Shown piece after piece: positions 1 to 13,395 of a stretch of 64,000 nucleotides of DNA (the stretch's first letter is position 1; each line of letters starts with the position of its first letter). Position numbers and translations under genes: made by a program. Under the pieces are notes generated by a model. It saw nothing but the letters and a program-made list of their open reading frames with translations. It was not told the DNA's origin and ran no database searches. The stretch is from positions 22,281,437 to 22,345,436 of the forward strand of contig NC_069001.1 of the NCBI RefSeq assembly GCF_001194135.2, written 5' to 3'. Source of the stretch: Octopus bimaculoides. Lineage: Eukaryota.

Positions 1-76
1 AGATATGGCCACTTTAAACATAAAATAGGCAGAGTACTTTGGCTGGATATGGAATATTTAAATGTTAATGGGTTAA
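1..76 (-). mobile_element. partial piggyBac-type MITE (same family as 23937-24509)
   Basis: Reverse complement resembles the start of the 23941/24168 copies and ends in GGG-TTAA at ~70-76. Confidence 0.5.
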
Positions 77-1294
77 AATTGAATATGGACTAAACAACAA
101 CCACAATAAGAAGTTTCACAAACCAGATGGTGGGTACCGTTACGTGTTCATTTGATTTGCTAAATATATCAGCAAAATCTACTTCATATCCATTTTAAAA
201 TAGAAAGGACATGTGAGGAATAGATTTCTCTGTAGTGTGCCCAGTATCAATGCTAGCTTTGATCTAATAGACAACAGTTGAACACGTCTGGTCATTCCAC
301 TGTTAGTTTGCATGCAATAATGCTGCTCAATCAAAGATGGGCTAGAGCGACATGACTACTGCAATAATAACAACAGCTCTCTCAACAATTGAGAGCAAAC
401 AGCTGAAAAATATTAGAATATTTCTAAATAAGAAAGGATTGTGGGAAAATCACAGCAGTTGAATATATCTGAAACAGTGATGGGCAGACTGCAGGCAATA
501 AGGAATTTCTGAATGACATACCATGAAAAATTACCTTGAAATTTTTTAACAGTGTGACCTTTCACCTGAGGATGAGCTATGTCTTATATGTCCTGCCTCT
601 TGGAAATTTTGTCCATGGCTGATCTGAAGCACTTACATAAAATAACTACTTCTACATAACAATTTAAACAAAACCTTTGCTCAGAATAGACAAATAAAAC
701 TTGATCTATTTCATTCTTCAGAGAAACTAATCATATGAAAAACAGCATTTTAGAATAATTTTTTTAAAAAGGATTTTTCAGCTTCACTTTCACATTTTAA
801 GTATAATTTCTCCAATAACATAGAACCACTAAGTCACTACAAAATGAAGAGAAGTACATACAAAATTGTCTATACTTTATGAATAACTTTGAACTCAGAA
901 CATAAAGATAGATAAATAAATATGTAAAGTATTGCTATTTCTACTACTGCTCATACTATATTTGGTGAATGATAATAATGTAGAATGGTTTTCTTGTGTA
1001 GTTTGCTTTAGGCTTCAAATTCACTTGATTCCAAGGAAAGTAAACAATATTGTAATGGACAAAATCTGAGAACTTCAGAAATGGATGCTTAATTTCTTAT
1101 CCACTTAGACTTTCTGCCAATCATAACAATTTCTTAATTATACAAATCCTAAGAGCTGTAAGGTAGAAGAAATTATTAGCTGTGAGGTTCACACCTTTTC
1201 AAATAGAAGTGATGCAGTAAGTATACTGGTTCTCAACTAAAATCAAAACAGGTGCGAGGACATTGATGAAAATGTAGAATTAAAAGAGCCATGC

Positions 1295-1469
1295 AGGTAT
1301 AGGTATGGCTCTGGTTTATAAGTTCACTTTTCAGTCATGTGATTCCGGGTCCCGTCTCACTCTGCAACACCTTATACAGGTAGCTGTTACCATAGATTCA
1401 GGTTACCCAAGCCTTATGAAATATGATAAGAATAATCTGTGCTGAAGCTCATGTATAGATGTGTGTGTG

Positions 1470-1509
<40 letters not shown>

Positions 1510-2200
1510 CATATTTCTTTTACCATTTACTTGTTTCAGTCATTGGACTGTGACCATGCTGGGGCACCACCTTAAAGGGTTCTAGTTAAGATAATCTACC
1601 CCAGTACTTATTTTCAAAATCTGGTATTTACTTTCTCTGTCTCTTTTGCTGAACCACTAAGTTATGAGAATGTAAACAAACCAATACCAGTTGTCAGGCT
1701 TTGAGGTGACAAACACACACATGTGCACGCATGCACACACGCACGCACACACACACGCACACACACACATGCACACTCACATATATAAATATAACAGGCT
1801 TCCACCCAGTTTCTTATTTCCTTATAAGGGGCTACACACAGAGGGGACAAACAAGGACAGACAAACGGATTAAGTAGATTATATCGACCCCAGTGTGTAA
1901 CTGGTACTTATTTAATCGACCCCAAAAGGATGAAAGGGAAAGTCGACCTCGGCAGAATTTGAACTCAGAACGAAGCAGCAGACGAAATACCATTAAGCAT
2001 TTCGCTCGGCGCGCTAACGTTTCTGCCAACTCGCTGCCTAAGCTTCCACCCAGTTTCTGCTTATGAAATTCACTGACAAGGCACTGGTCAACTCAGGGGT
2101 TTAGTAGAAGACAAAGACTAGCTCAAAGTGCTGCATTGTGGGACTGAACTCCAAATCATATGAGTGCAATGTGAGCTCCTTCCCAACACAGCCACAGAAA
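1295..2200. mobile_element. composite of SINE family A fragments (head 1295-1460 +, 3' half 1510-1790 -, head 2042-2200 -)
   Basis: Similar to the full SINE-A copies at 5827 and 25322; fragments are joined by (GT)n/(CA)n tracts and interrupted by a SINE-B. Confidence 0.7.
1815..2041 (-). mobile_element. tRNA-derived SINE family B, near full length, with 17-bp TSD
   Basis: Minus strand begins aggcagcgagttggcagaaacgttagcgcgcc, with B-box-like gagttcaaattc and the conserved ggggtcgattaaataagtaccagt core. The direct repeat GCTTCCACCCAGTTTCT lies at 1798-1814 and 2042-2058. Confidence 0.85.
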
Positions 2201-3087
2201 AGATGTAACATAAGCGAATAAACTGCAAAACTGTTGTTTATAAATAAAAATCCCTTGTGTGGCATTCATTTAGGAAATTAAACAATTGCTAATCAGTTTT
2301 GGCATCAGAAATGCAATGAACCAGTAAATGGTAAATGAGAAACCTGTAACAATTGGCAATAAATACAGTGGTTTATGAGTAGCAAAATAAAACATACTTA
2401 AGAATAAATAGATAAGGTGCTGGCAAGGTGGTGTGATTAAAAGGTTCCTTTTGCAAGTGTGAGGTTTTGGGTTCAGTTTCACCATGTGGCACCTTGGCAA
2501 TTGCTTTTGACTATAGTTTTTGTTTTGTCTAAGGAGAGTCATTATACCAATATTGTTGACACACGCACTGGTTCATTTCCACTTCTTTATTATTAGTCAA
2601 TTGGTTAATATCCTGCTAACTAATCAGTTGTTTTTTATAATTTGGTTAAACAAGAAGTCATTTGTTTTGTTTTTGTTTGTCAAAGCTCTTTTGTTAATTA
2701 CATACATACATACATACATGTGAACACTGGCACAGGCACACACACAACAAGGTCTCAAGCAGTCGAAAGTCATTGAAAAGGTTGCAAGTAGCAACGAAAG
2801 AGCTTTGACATGCAAAAACAAAACAATTGATTTGCTAGTTTGATATTTAACCAATTGACTAATAATAAAGGAATAGAATTGAACCGGTGCATATGTTAAT
2901 TATATTGGCATCATGACTCTCTCTAGGGATAAAAAAATTTGTTTCAACACATGAATTCCTTTAAAGAATCTTGCACACCAGATACAAAAACGATATAGTT
3001 TTTGTCTTTTACTGATATTTTGTAAGTGAATAGGTAAATGGAAACTGTGTGGAAGCTCATCATATTATGTATATGTATACATACAAA

Positions 3088-3300
3088 CATCATTGTTATT
3101 TAATGTCTATTTTCCATGTTGGAATGGGTTGAAAGGTTTGACAGGGTCCAGTAAGCTGCAAGGCTGTATCAAGTTCCTGCATCAGTTTTGACATGGTTTC
3201 TATGGTTGGATGCCCTTCCTAACATCAACCACTTTACAGTGTGTGCTGGGTGCTTCTTTCATACCACTGGTACGAATGAGGCTGCCTTGTAACTTGCAAG
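3088..3300 (-). mobile_element. RTE-related 3' tail / short retroposon
   Basis: Matches the 3' UTR contiguous with the RTE fragment at 10785-11890 (ggatgcccttcctaa..caaccact motif; catcat tail). Confidence 0.7.
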
Positions 3301-3504
3301 GCAGGAAAGAACGAGCAAAGGGGAAATGGGAAATGGGAAATATATATATATATATGTATATCTATCTATATACACTCATACGTGTGTGTGTGTGCATGTG
3401 TATGTGTGTGTGTATATGTCTGTGTGTGTGTATGAATCTGACTATTTGTATATATGTATGTCTCCATTTTTCTTTGTTTATATAACATAACCTAGCTGTT
3501 CAAC

Positions 3505-3720
3505 AAACATTTGTTTCAAATTTTGGCCCAAGGCCAGCAATTTCAAGGAGGGATAAGTTGATGACATCAGCCCCAAGTGCTCAACTGGTATTTATTTTAT
3601 CGTCTCTGAAATGATGAAAAGCAAAGTCAACCTCAATGGAATTTGAACTCAGAATGTAAAGATGAAACGCCACCAAGCATTTTGCCTGGTGTGCTAAGGA
3701 TTCTGCCAGTTCAGTGCCCT
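3505..3720 (-). mobile_element. SINE family B
   Basis: tttcaaattttggc..aaggccagcaa...aatttgaactcagaa...gattctgccagt, colinear with 1815-2041. Confidence 0.8.
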
Positions 3721-5461
3721 AACAATTCAACAAATATTGATTGAGAAGCACTAAATTAAAAAATAAGCACTGAGATTAATACAATCAAGTAAAACCTTTA
3801 AGGCAATGCCCCATCGTGGTCACAGTTCAGTGACTGAAGAATGAGTATGGCATTAGCTACATTTATTCTTACAATCATTTTCTGTGCATGTGGTGAGTTC
3901 ATGTTGCTGACTAAAGGAGGAATCAGATCCACAGAGAATTCATCTAAAGAGAAATCTCTCTTCCATTGAATATCATTATACAGGAACTAAGTACCTGCTC
4001 TTAAAAGTTCCCTAAGGATTAGAATCACTATATATTACATTGCAACATTGATGAGAAAGCTAAAAAAAACAACTATAGAACTCTTATACCAAAACAAAAA
4101 ACACAAAAAAGATACGAAATTAAATTGTGCATAAATGCATTTTAAGCATTATCAATGCTTGACTTGACCCATTTAATGAAAATTGCATAAAACCACTAAT
4201 TAATTAATATTAATGCTTAATAATCACTTCAATATTCCTTTGATCCTGTTGTTACAGAACTTTTTAGTTTACTCTTGAGTATGATGTTAGGCATTAATGA
4301 TGATGATGATGATAGTTATGTAATGATGGTTACGGTAATAATATGATCATAATAATGATAATAATGTAACGATGATGCTAACAATAGCAAGGTGATAATA
4401 ATAATGTATTGACAATAATGATTGAAATCTTGCAATAATCATTTTTTCCAATCTTCAATTAAACTAGAAAAAATGTCAACTTGTTGATCATTCCCAAATA
4501 CATAGTAAATCTATCCTTCTCTTCATACATTCATTATTTACATAGTTAATGAGATTTCTTTAGCAAAATCATCTGAAATAGCATTGACCATCATAGTGGT
4601 GGCAGTGGTAAAGGAAGTGGGTGTGGTGGTAGTGGGGAAATGGATGATGGCAACAGTGGTGGTGTAAGTGGTGGTGGTTGTGTAACTGGTGGTAGTTGTG
4701 CTTATATCACTAATTGTTGATATGCATTCATACTTTCTCAGAGTTATATTCTCTTGTCTATGTTTCTTACCTATGGCTACTATTTACCTAATTTGTTATT
4801 TATTTATTGTTAAAAGTCAATATCTCAGAAAAGTAAATATATAAATTCTTGCCAGAGAGGAAATAAGAAAATATTAGGCAAGTCAAAAAAAAAAAAAAGG
4901 AAGAAATAGAAAACCTAAAATTCCTATTAAATTGATAATAAATGAACAAACACCAAAGATTTGATGGCTTATATTGGCAGAAATAGAGAAATTTGTTGGG
5001 GAAAGTGATTGTAAATAGTTAATTGAATTGACTCAGTACTGGTCTGATAGTTATTTTACAGACAGGAAAGCAATGAGTGGCAATTTTGACCTGGATAAAA
5101 TTTGAACTAACAATAAAGAGATATGAATCTTAATACGTTTAGGCATCTGCTATTTTTGCCACTGATTTAGACGGAGATAGACAGAAACAAAGAGTTGTAG
5201 GAGGTTTATGTGGTCGCTTGACCTTTGAGGGATGTAGACACATCTCTCTCCAATGACAAGTTACCCTTTTAAAAAGTGACAATATATCTCTAATCTTATC
5301 AAATTCTGCTGCATTTAACATGAAATTTTTTGTCTTTCAAAGTCGTCTAGGTTGTCCCTCTTATTTTGATTATAAATCTTGGTCTAAAAAATTTGATTTG
5401 TAGGCTGGGACATACGGTAGGGCTAAACATCTACGGATCTGAAAAGAGGATGTGAACACAA

Positions 5462-5677
5462 CTAATTTCAAATTTTGGCACAAAACCAGCAATTTCAGGG
5501 AGGGGATAAGTTGATTACACTGACCCTAGTGTTCAACTGGTACTTATTTTATTAAACCTGAAAGGATGAAAGGCTAAGTCAACCTTGGAAAAATCTGAAC
5601 TCAGCACATAGAGACAGATGAAATGCCATGACGCATTTTGCCAGGTATATTCATGATTCTGCCAGATTGCTACCTTA
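5462..5677 (-). mobile_element. SINE family B
   Basis: Colinear with the 3505-3720 copy. Confidence 0.8.
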
Positions 5678-5826
5678 GTGACGTGCACATTATTAACTGA
5701 CCATTTCGTAGTGAACTGCTTCTTAGATTCTGAATAATAAAATTATTATAAACTGCAAATTTTTTTAAAAGTTATTAAAATTAGTCATTCTCATTTCAAA
5801 AACTTTCCTCAGTACTAAATTACATA

Positions 5827-6247
5827 GGCACAGGAGCGGTTGTGTGGTAAGAAGCTTGCTTCCCAACCACATATTTACGTGTTCATTCCCACTGCGTGGC
5901 ACCTTGGGTAAGTGTTGTCAACTATAGCCTCAGGCTGACCAAAGCCTTGTGAGTGGAATTTAGTAGATGGAAACTGAAGGAAACCCACCATATATAAATA
6001 TATGTGTATGTACATATATGTATATATGTCCATATATATCTATGTGTATGCATCTTTGTCTGTGTTTGTACCTCCTTACCACTTGACAGTTCAGCATAAA
6101 GGGACTGATAGAATAGTACTGATAGAATAAGTAAAGCTTTAAAAAACTAAGTACTAGGGTCTATTCATTTGACTACAATTCTTCAAGGCAGTGCTCCAGT
6201 ATGACTGCAGTATAATGACTGAAACAAGTAAAAAATAAAAGATAAAG
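5827..6247 (+). mobile_element. tRNA-derived SINE family A, full length, internal (TA/TG)n
   Basis: Head ggcacaggagcggttgtgtggtaagaagcttgcttcccaacc, central microsatellite, tail gactgaaacaagtaaaaaataaaagata. At least 8 further copies occur in the window. Confidence 0.85.
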
Positions 6248-6648
6248 GATACAAAAGTTGTCAGAAAGATTGAAAATGTATTGTTTTGTTTGTCTCTGGT
6301 CATAAAATTAAAGCAACAACAGATTTATTGTATTCAAAATTGTGCTTTTGATTCTACTTTACCAGTGCAGGATTAATTCTGATTCCACAAACACAAACTA
6401 AATATGACCCAGGTCACTCTGTGAACAGATAACAAATGATTTGCAGATAAACAAGTCAGAACAATACTGCTGTCTGTTTTTTACAATATCATATTTGGCA
6501 AGTAGATTCGAGTTTTGTAGTTAAAGAAGAAAAATTCCTCAGAAGAATTTAAGACGTATACTTGTAAATATAATACTTCCACTTAGCTATATTCTTAAAA
6601 CTGCTGTCAGCCAAATTGTAATTTAACACTATTTGATGTAATCTTGTG

Positions 6649-7029
6649 TAGTGGTTCTACACATTGGCATTAAATTTTGGCACAAAGCCAGCATGTTTGG
6701 GCATGGGGATAAGACAGATACATCAACCTCACTGCTCAACTAGTGCTTATTTTATTGACCCTGAAAGGATAAAAGACAAAGTCAATTTCAGCAGCATTGG
6801 AACCCTGAATGTAAAGATGGATAAAATGCTGCTAAGCATTTTTACCTGTGTGTTAATGATTCTGCCACCTTAAGTTGTCCTCCATATTGACACAAATTAT
6901 TGGATGGGCAAAAGATCTCATTTACAATAAACACCTTAACACTACCCATCAAAAAAAAAAATTTAGCAACAAAATCTTATGTGGAGCTCCACCCCTAAGG
7001 GTCAAATGGATCCCATGTGAGAACCACTT
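6649..7029. mobile_element. hAT-like MITE interrupted by SINE-B (6668-6872, minus)
   Basis: Inverted ends tagtggttct / agaaccactt; SINE-B core inside; no intact 8-bp TSD seen. Confidence 0.45.
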
Positions 7030-7258
7030 TTCTAGCTACACCATTGGGTAGGTTTTGGTGTGGGATAAACTTGACTACCAAGCCCTCATGTTCGTTTCGA
7101 TTGTACTCTTAACCTCATGATATCTAATAGATGGTCTGAAACTGAGGATTGTTGTTGTTGACATGGATATAAAGTTGTACTGCTCTCAGATTACTGACTG
7201 TTGTACTGGTTGTTTAATCCCAAACTGTGTCTATCTCACTTGCTTTTTCTCTCTCTAG

Positions 7259-7333
7259 GTACAATATACGGAGCAGTTTCAGCAACAACACACAAGCTCC
7301 CTCATCGACCTTCCCTGCTGTAATGCTCTGCAA
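7259..7333 (+). CDS. candidate 75-nt coding exon; phase-2 reading YNIRSSFSNNTQAPSSTFPAVMLC(N/K) resembles the post-TM1 FPAVTxCN motif of DEG/ENaC/ASIC channels
   Basis: Strong acceptor tgctttttctctctctag, donor CAA|gtgtga, length divisible by 3, and Y-to-FPAV spacing close to that of ASIC/ENaC. The phase-0 frame (VQYTEQFQQQHTSSLIDLPCCNALQ) is also open, and no other ENaC exon was found. Confidence 0.4.
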
Positions 7334-7384
7334 GTGTGAACATTCATACACATGCTTACAAATGCATGCACACACACACGCACA

Positions 7385-7600
7385 TATATAAGGGAGCTGG
7401 TAAAAACTTTGTAGGTTTGGGTAAAAGAAAATATAGGAGAATCAGTTAATTATGATTTTATCTAATGTATACCCCTCTCAGATTCACACACTTAGTGCAG
7501 CAGTCCTTCAGTTTTTTCAAGCTCTGTAAAGGAACTTTGAAAGTTGGGCCTCCAGCCAGGCCTTTCATGATATCTTCAGAGCTAGAAACTTTTCAACACC
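7385..7600. mobile_element. mariner-derived MITE
   Basis: Second copy at 48478-48692; degenerate inverted ends (gggg.ctg.aaaagtt / aactttt.cagcacccc). Confidence 0.6.
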
Positions 7601-7615
7601 CCGCCTTGTGTGTAA

Positions 7616-7655
<40 letters not shown>

Positions 7656-7792
7656 ATAAATCCACAATAGGTAGAATCAGCGAAAAGTGTACTTGATTCA
7701 ATGAGAGATAAATGTCAGTTTAATATGCAACTGAAAAAGCTACTAATAATTTTATGCTTTTATGGTACTTTAATTTGGCATGTTTATAAAAT

Positions 7793-8646
7793 ACTAGCTG
7801 AATTTCCTGGTAATACCTGGAAAAGCAGACGTTATTTCCAGTTCCCATTCCCATTACACTGTTTCATGACCTATCCTGTTCTCTGTTCAATTCCTATTTT
7901 AGTTCTGCTCCCATTCCTATCCTCAATCCTATGTCAATATATAAATTTTAGAATCAGTTAGGTGTAGTAAAACCATTAAATATTTTATTAACCTTTATGG
8001 TAATAGTTTATTGTTAAAAATAGGTATTACACACTATAAGTACGATTAGTAGGTGAATAAAGAATGTCCCTATATTATTTTAACAAATGAATATGCATCT
8101 GAGGAAAAAACCCAATAGATAAATAGAGAGATTTACAAATGCATTGACAAATAGTCCGCGTATTGTAGCTGGTGTTGTCGCATGTCATAGCTTATTGTAG
8201 CTGGTTTGGAATCATGTGCTACAGCCCCACTCGCTAGGGGCCCTTATAGATTTTTCTTGAAATCCAATTCACCTATAATTCAACTGGTTGTCCAGAACTA
8301 ATAAATAACAAAACCAGATTTAATGTGGAAAATTATTTCTATATACCAAATTTGAAAACTTTGATGTAATTTTAAAATCTCACAATGTGTGACAGCAACA
8401 TGGAAGACCCCACAAAAGTAGAGAAACGGAGTTATAGGACGTGACACACACTCACACACACACACANNNNNNNNNNNNNNNNNNNNNNNNNNNNNNNNNN
8501 NNNNNNNNNNNNNNNNNNNNNNNNNNNNNNNNNNNNNNNNNNNNNNNNNNNNNNNNNNNNNNNNNNNNNNNNNNNNNNNNNNNNNNNNNNNNNNNNNNNN
8601 NNNNNNNNNNNNNNNNNNNNNNNNNNNNNNNNNNNNNNNNNNNNNN

Positions 8647-8703
<57 letters not shown>

Positions 8704-9166
8704 ATGTATATATGTATGTGTGTGTGTGTATGTGTGTTTGTGTGTAAGTCTTTTTTTGAGATGCACAGCAGAAAAGCCACCTACCCCCGCTTTCCTTAAA
8801 GCTACACCTTGCTGTGTGTGTGTTGTACAAATGTATGCAGCATCATATATGACAGCTTTATTAACACCAAATCCCATTTACACCATTGTTCTCATCTTCA
8901 CCGATATAAGTCTCTTTTACTACCTCTGACTTATACTTTTTGCAACCTTCTTATTTTATCATATAATTCGCCCAACCCACCTTGCGGCACATTATAGATT
9001 TTTATTGAAATCCAGTTAGCCTATTATTGAACTGGATGTTAGTGTCACATGTATGCAAAGTTTCGTGAATATTGGTTTGGTGCTTTAGGCACTAATTTGG
9101 TAACAGTCAGACGGACAGAGTGATAAACAGACAGAAATTGCCATTTATATATACATATATATTGAT
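7793..9166 (+). mobile_element. non-autonomous Helitron-like (Lep1/HINE-type) element
   Basis: 5' ACTAGCtgaatttcctggtaatacctgg; 3' caaagtttcgtgaatattgg...cagacggacag..acagacagaaattgccatttatatata..gat; internal direct repeat ~8243-8300 vs ~8993-9045. Confidence 0.6.
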
Positions 9167-10182
9167 GCTCTGTATCTCTAATCATTCTTTCAGGCACTGT
9201 TTTTGCATTATATATATTTTAAAAACAAGGACGCTGGACAATGAGAAAATAAGGAAAGCAAGATATCCATTACATGAAGTTTTCAACTTTCTCTAGAAGC
9301 ATCCAAAGATGTGGCTTATTTGTTGGTGTAGGTATATTTTTCATGGAGTAATCCATATGATATAAATCCATAATAGCGTGCATAAATTTTTGAAGAATCT
9401 TTAGTCACTCAGCTTTATAGCTTTATATGGCTGTATGCCAAACAATGTGGAAATTGAATTTGCAGTAGAAACCCACGTATTTGGAAGTGTATATACATAT
9501 ATAGATATATATATATATATGTATGTATATGCACACACAAGCAGAATAAATTTAATATTTTGTATTAAATATGTATTTAAAGAATAAATCTTCAGGTTTA
9601 TAACAATATCTTGCACCATCTCACTAATTACGCTCAGTACCATCACCACCACCTTATCTTCATGGTTCTTCTGTTCAGCTGGCATGGGCAAGATATTTCT
9701 GCCTGGTTTTCATTTGGCATGATCACAAATGTGCACAATATCTGTTGACCCTTATCTCATAATGACTGTGGCAACATGTTATGCTTCAGGAAATGTGTAA
9801 ATTGAAGTAGAGCTGTCATGCCTCAGTGCCCTTCATGGCACCAACCATTAAATAGAGAATCTGTTATTGTTGTCATAAGTTTTCAGACAAATTTCTCAAT
9901 CATAATAAAACAACCTTTGCTATTTTTCCAGGCATCAGTGCCATTACCAATATTAGAATCACAACTAAATTTTCTTTCATTAGAATCAACATCAATGCCA
10001 ACACCTCAATCACCAAATATCTCTATCAATTTCTATCCATACATTCACCAGATCTCCACCACTATTATCACCAATTGTCCCTTCAAAGCAATGAGGATGC
10101 CTCTATGTGGTCCCGCAGTCTGATAGAAATAATAGCCAAGTTCACTCAAATACATAAATACACAAAAGAAATAAGACATTGA

Positions 10183-10407
10183 CCCTTTTTGATACCATAT
10201 TTCTGACAAAATACATTGTCATTCTTTTAGATTATTTCGAAAATAGTGAAGAATGTAGTAAAATAACTTTGTTGTTATTAAGCTGGTGTTTGGAACATAA
10301 ATTTACAGGAAATTATGATGGAAAGTTTCAATTTAAATCACCATAAAACAGGAAATCTGTATCATAGAACCTGGGGTGGTTTGGGGCAGGTTTTGGCATC
10401 AAAAGGG
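10183..10407. mobile_element. piggyBac-type MITE (second family)
   Basis: Inverted ends cccttttt gatacc / ggcatcaaaaggg; TTAA flanks degenerate. Confidence 0.55.
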
Positions 10408-10784
10408 TGCAAAAAGACAATTTAATTAAGTTTGGAATGCCTCTGATCATAGTCTTCATGATTAGAGCTGACTTGTGAGCTAAATAATGACAATTGCTAC
10501 TAAAACCACCTTCACTACATTCCTCACCTTCCATCTGCTGCTGACTCCACCACCACCACCACCGAGACCACAACCATGTCAGCTAATATCTCAGTTCCTA
10601 TTGCCACAGTTCGACTGAATTAGAAAGAGAGCTGCTCATCAGTCATTCTTATCCTGTAGTTGCCACTACTAACAGCATTAATATCAGATGTCATTTCCAT
10701 ATGCATACCAGTAAAAACATTTCTATATAGTTACTCACTCTGCTAGAATTAGCAGCCAAATGTCTCCCATATTACAGCCTATCA

Positions 10785-11890
10785 TTATCATTATCATTGT
10801 TTAACGTCTGCTTTTCATGCTGGCATGGGTCGGATGGTTTGACTGGGGGCTGGCAAACCAGAAGGCTGCACCAGGCTCCAATCCAGTCTGGCAAAATTTC
10901 TACAGCTGGATGCCCTTCCTAATGCCAACCACTCCGAGAGTGTAGTGCGTGCTTTTTATGTGCCACTGGCACGAGTGCCAGTCAGGTGGTACTGGTATTG
11001 ACCATGCTCGGATGGTGCTTTTTACGTGCCACTGGCATGGGTGCCAATCAAGCAGTACTGTCATCAGTCACTTGCCTAAACAGGACTTTGCAAGCGCAGT
11101 TTATTGCCCAAATGATCGAAGGGTACTCTTAAATGGGCTGGTTATGCTGCTCTGGCATAGGTCACAGTTACAGTCTTACTTGGCTTGCTGGGTCTTCTCA
11201 AGCACAGCATATCTTCAAAGATCACTGTCACTTGTCATCACCTCAGTGAGGCCCAACGATCGAAGGTCATGCTTCACCACCTCATCCCAGGTATTCTTCG
11301 GTCTACCTTTTCAACAGGTTCCCTCTACTGCTAGAGTGTGACACTTTTTCACACAGCTGTCCTCATCCATACGTAACACATGACCATACCAGTGCAGTTG
11401 TCTCTCTTGCACACCACATTTGATGCGTCTTATTCCAACTTTTCTCTCAGGACGCTTACATGACATTACACATCCAGCGGGGCATACTGGCTTCATTCGC
11501 TGAAAGCTCACACATGTCCTCTGCAGGTCACAGACCATGTTTCACTGCTATGTAGCATCGCTGTTCACACACATGCGTCATACAGGCTACCTTTTACTCT
11601 GAGCGAGAGGCCCTTTGTCGCCAGCAGAAGTAGGAGCTCTCTGAACTTTGCCCAGGATATTCTTATTCTAGCAGCTACACTCTCAGAGTATCCACCTCAG
11701 CTACTGACTTGGTCACCTAGGTAACAGAAGCTATCAACTACTTGTAGTTTTTCCCCCTGGAATGTGACGGAAGCTGTTTTCTGCACATTTTCAGTGTTTA
11801 TTGCCCCTGAGCATTTGCCACATACAAAAACTATCTTCTCAGTTAGTCTTCTTTTGATAATGCTGCACCAGGTGTGAGAGAATATTCAAG
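10785..11890 (-). mobile_element. RTE-clade LINE, 5'-truncated 3' fragment with UTR
   Basis: Minus-strand translation gives VVDSFCYLGDQ, RIRISWAKFRELL, RQLHWYGHVLRMDEDSCVK and RGRPKNTWDEVVKHDL, the RTE post-RT region; ends in a catcat-type tail. Confidence 0.85.
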
Positions 11891-13395
11891 ATAATAATGA
11901 GATAGAATTGGGCATTTGAATTCTTAAACTCGAGCTATAACCAAGAGTCTTCGGTCAGCCAAACTGTGACAAAATTAGATAAATGAATGAATAAATGACA
12001 ATAATAAATGAGTGTGAAAGAGAGGCAGAAAGAGGGAGAGTTGGATTGAACGAAGGGATCTTAAGTATTTTTCTCTAAACATACAGTATGGAAGAGGAAA
12101 CTGTGTTTACGTAGATAGATAATGAAATGAAATAATAAGTAATCATGATCTGTGCTGGAAACAAATTTGATTATGTAGTCTTAAGTAAATTAAAAAAGAT
12201 TAACTGAAAGAAAGATAAACTGATCAAAACTGAAATGCTGTGCATTTCTTATTGCAAATTATGGTCTACATTTCTTATTGCAAATTATGAACTTACCGAT
12301 TATATTTATAAGCTTTTACTGATTAAAAAAAAATTTTTTTCATACTTTTCCTATTGTTCTTCATCTAGTGTAAGACAAAGTAAATTTTTAGGAATAAAAT
12401 ACCTGTAAGTGATTGTAGTTATATGTGATTAAAATGCAGGGCAAATATAAATACTGTAAACATACAGTAGGTGTTATGTTGTAAGAAGCTTGCTTTCCAA
12501 CCATGAAGTTCCAGGTTCAGTCTCACTGTGTAGCACCTTGGTCAAGTATCTTCTACTATGGCTTTGGGCCAAACGAAGCCTTGTAAGTGGATTTGATAGA
12601 CAGAAACTGAAAGAAGCCCATCATATATATATATATATATATAGATGAGGAAATCTACAACGAATTAAAGAAACATTCAGATGGTCAACGCTTGGAAAGT
12701 GTCTTTAAACTGTGGAAAACAGCTTGTGAAGCTGAAGAAACAAACTCACTTCAACGCTGGGAAAAACAAGCCAATTTCTTTATTAACTACGAAACACAGT
12801 TCAACATAAAATACGCATCGGAGAACCCCTTCCTGAATAAAAATAAGCCAAAAACATACACAGAAATGAACCCACGCTTATCTAACACAAACCACAGACG
12901 GTCAAGGGGACATAACTCCACCGACCAAACCTCTCTTACATCCCAAAATAACTTACAAACAGCAATCAGGAATTCAGCCCAAAATAGAAAATCTGGACGT
13001 AATCCGCATGGCATCCTACATACAAATCAAAGGTTCCATCGAAACCTCCAGACTAACCTAAACTTATGGGAACCAATACCTACTAATCCACCTCCATTAT
13101 CTCACAATAAATGGAAGAATTTACCTCCGAGACTTAACCCTCAACAGGGTTACTTCAATCATTCAACAAGACACAACCTCACTAGACAACATCACTTCTC
13201 CCTCCTCCGACATTACAATATCAAAAATAATATTAACCCTAACCACATCAACCATAGAAAATATAACAACCCTCAGTACAACCATAATCTAGCCCGCTTC
13301 ACACCCACCCCACCACTCCACCACCAACATATTACCACAGACACACTTATACCCATTTTCTCCTCAGCAAACCAAACACAATANNNNNNNNNNAG

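Noticed and set aside
5827-5900. tRNA-like A/B boxes in SINE heads (also 2040, 16927, 25750)
   Set aside because: No cloverleaf or acceptor stem; they continue into SINE bodies, so they are not tRNA genes.
8298-8929. Long ORFs rich in YI, HT, CV or X here and at 14560, 27148, 32680, 44213, 47606, 57436, 61367
   Set aside because: They are translations of microsatellites and N-gaps, not proteins.
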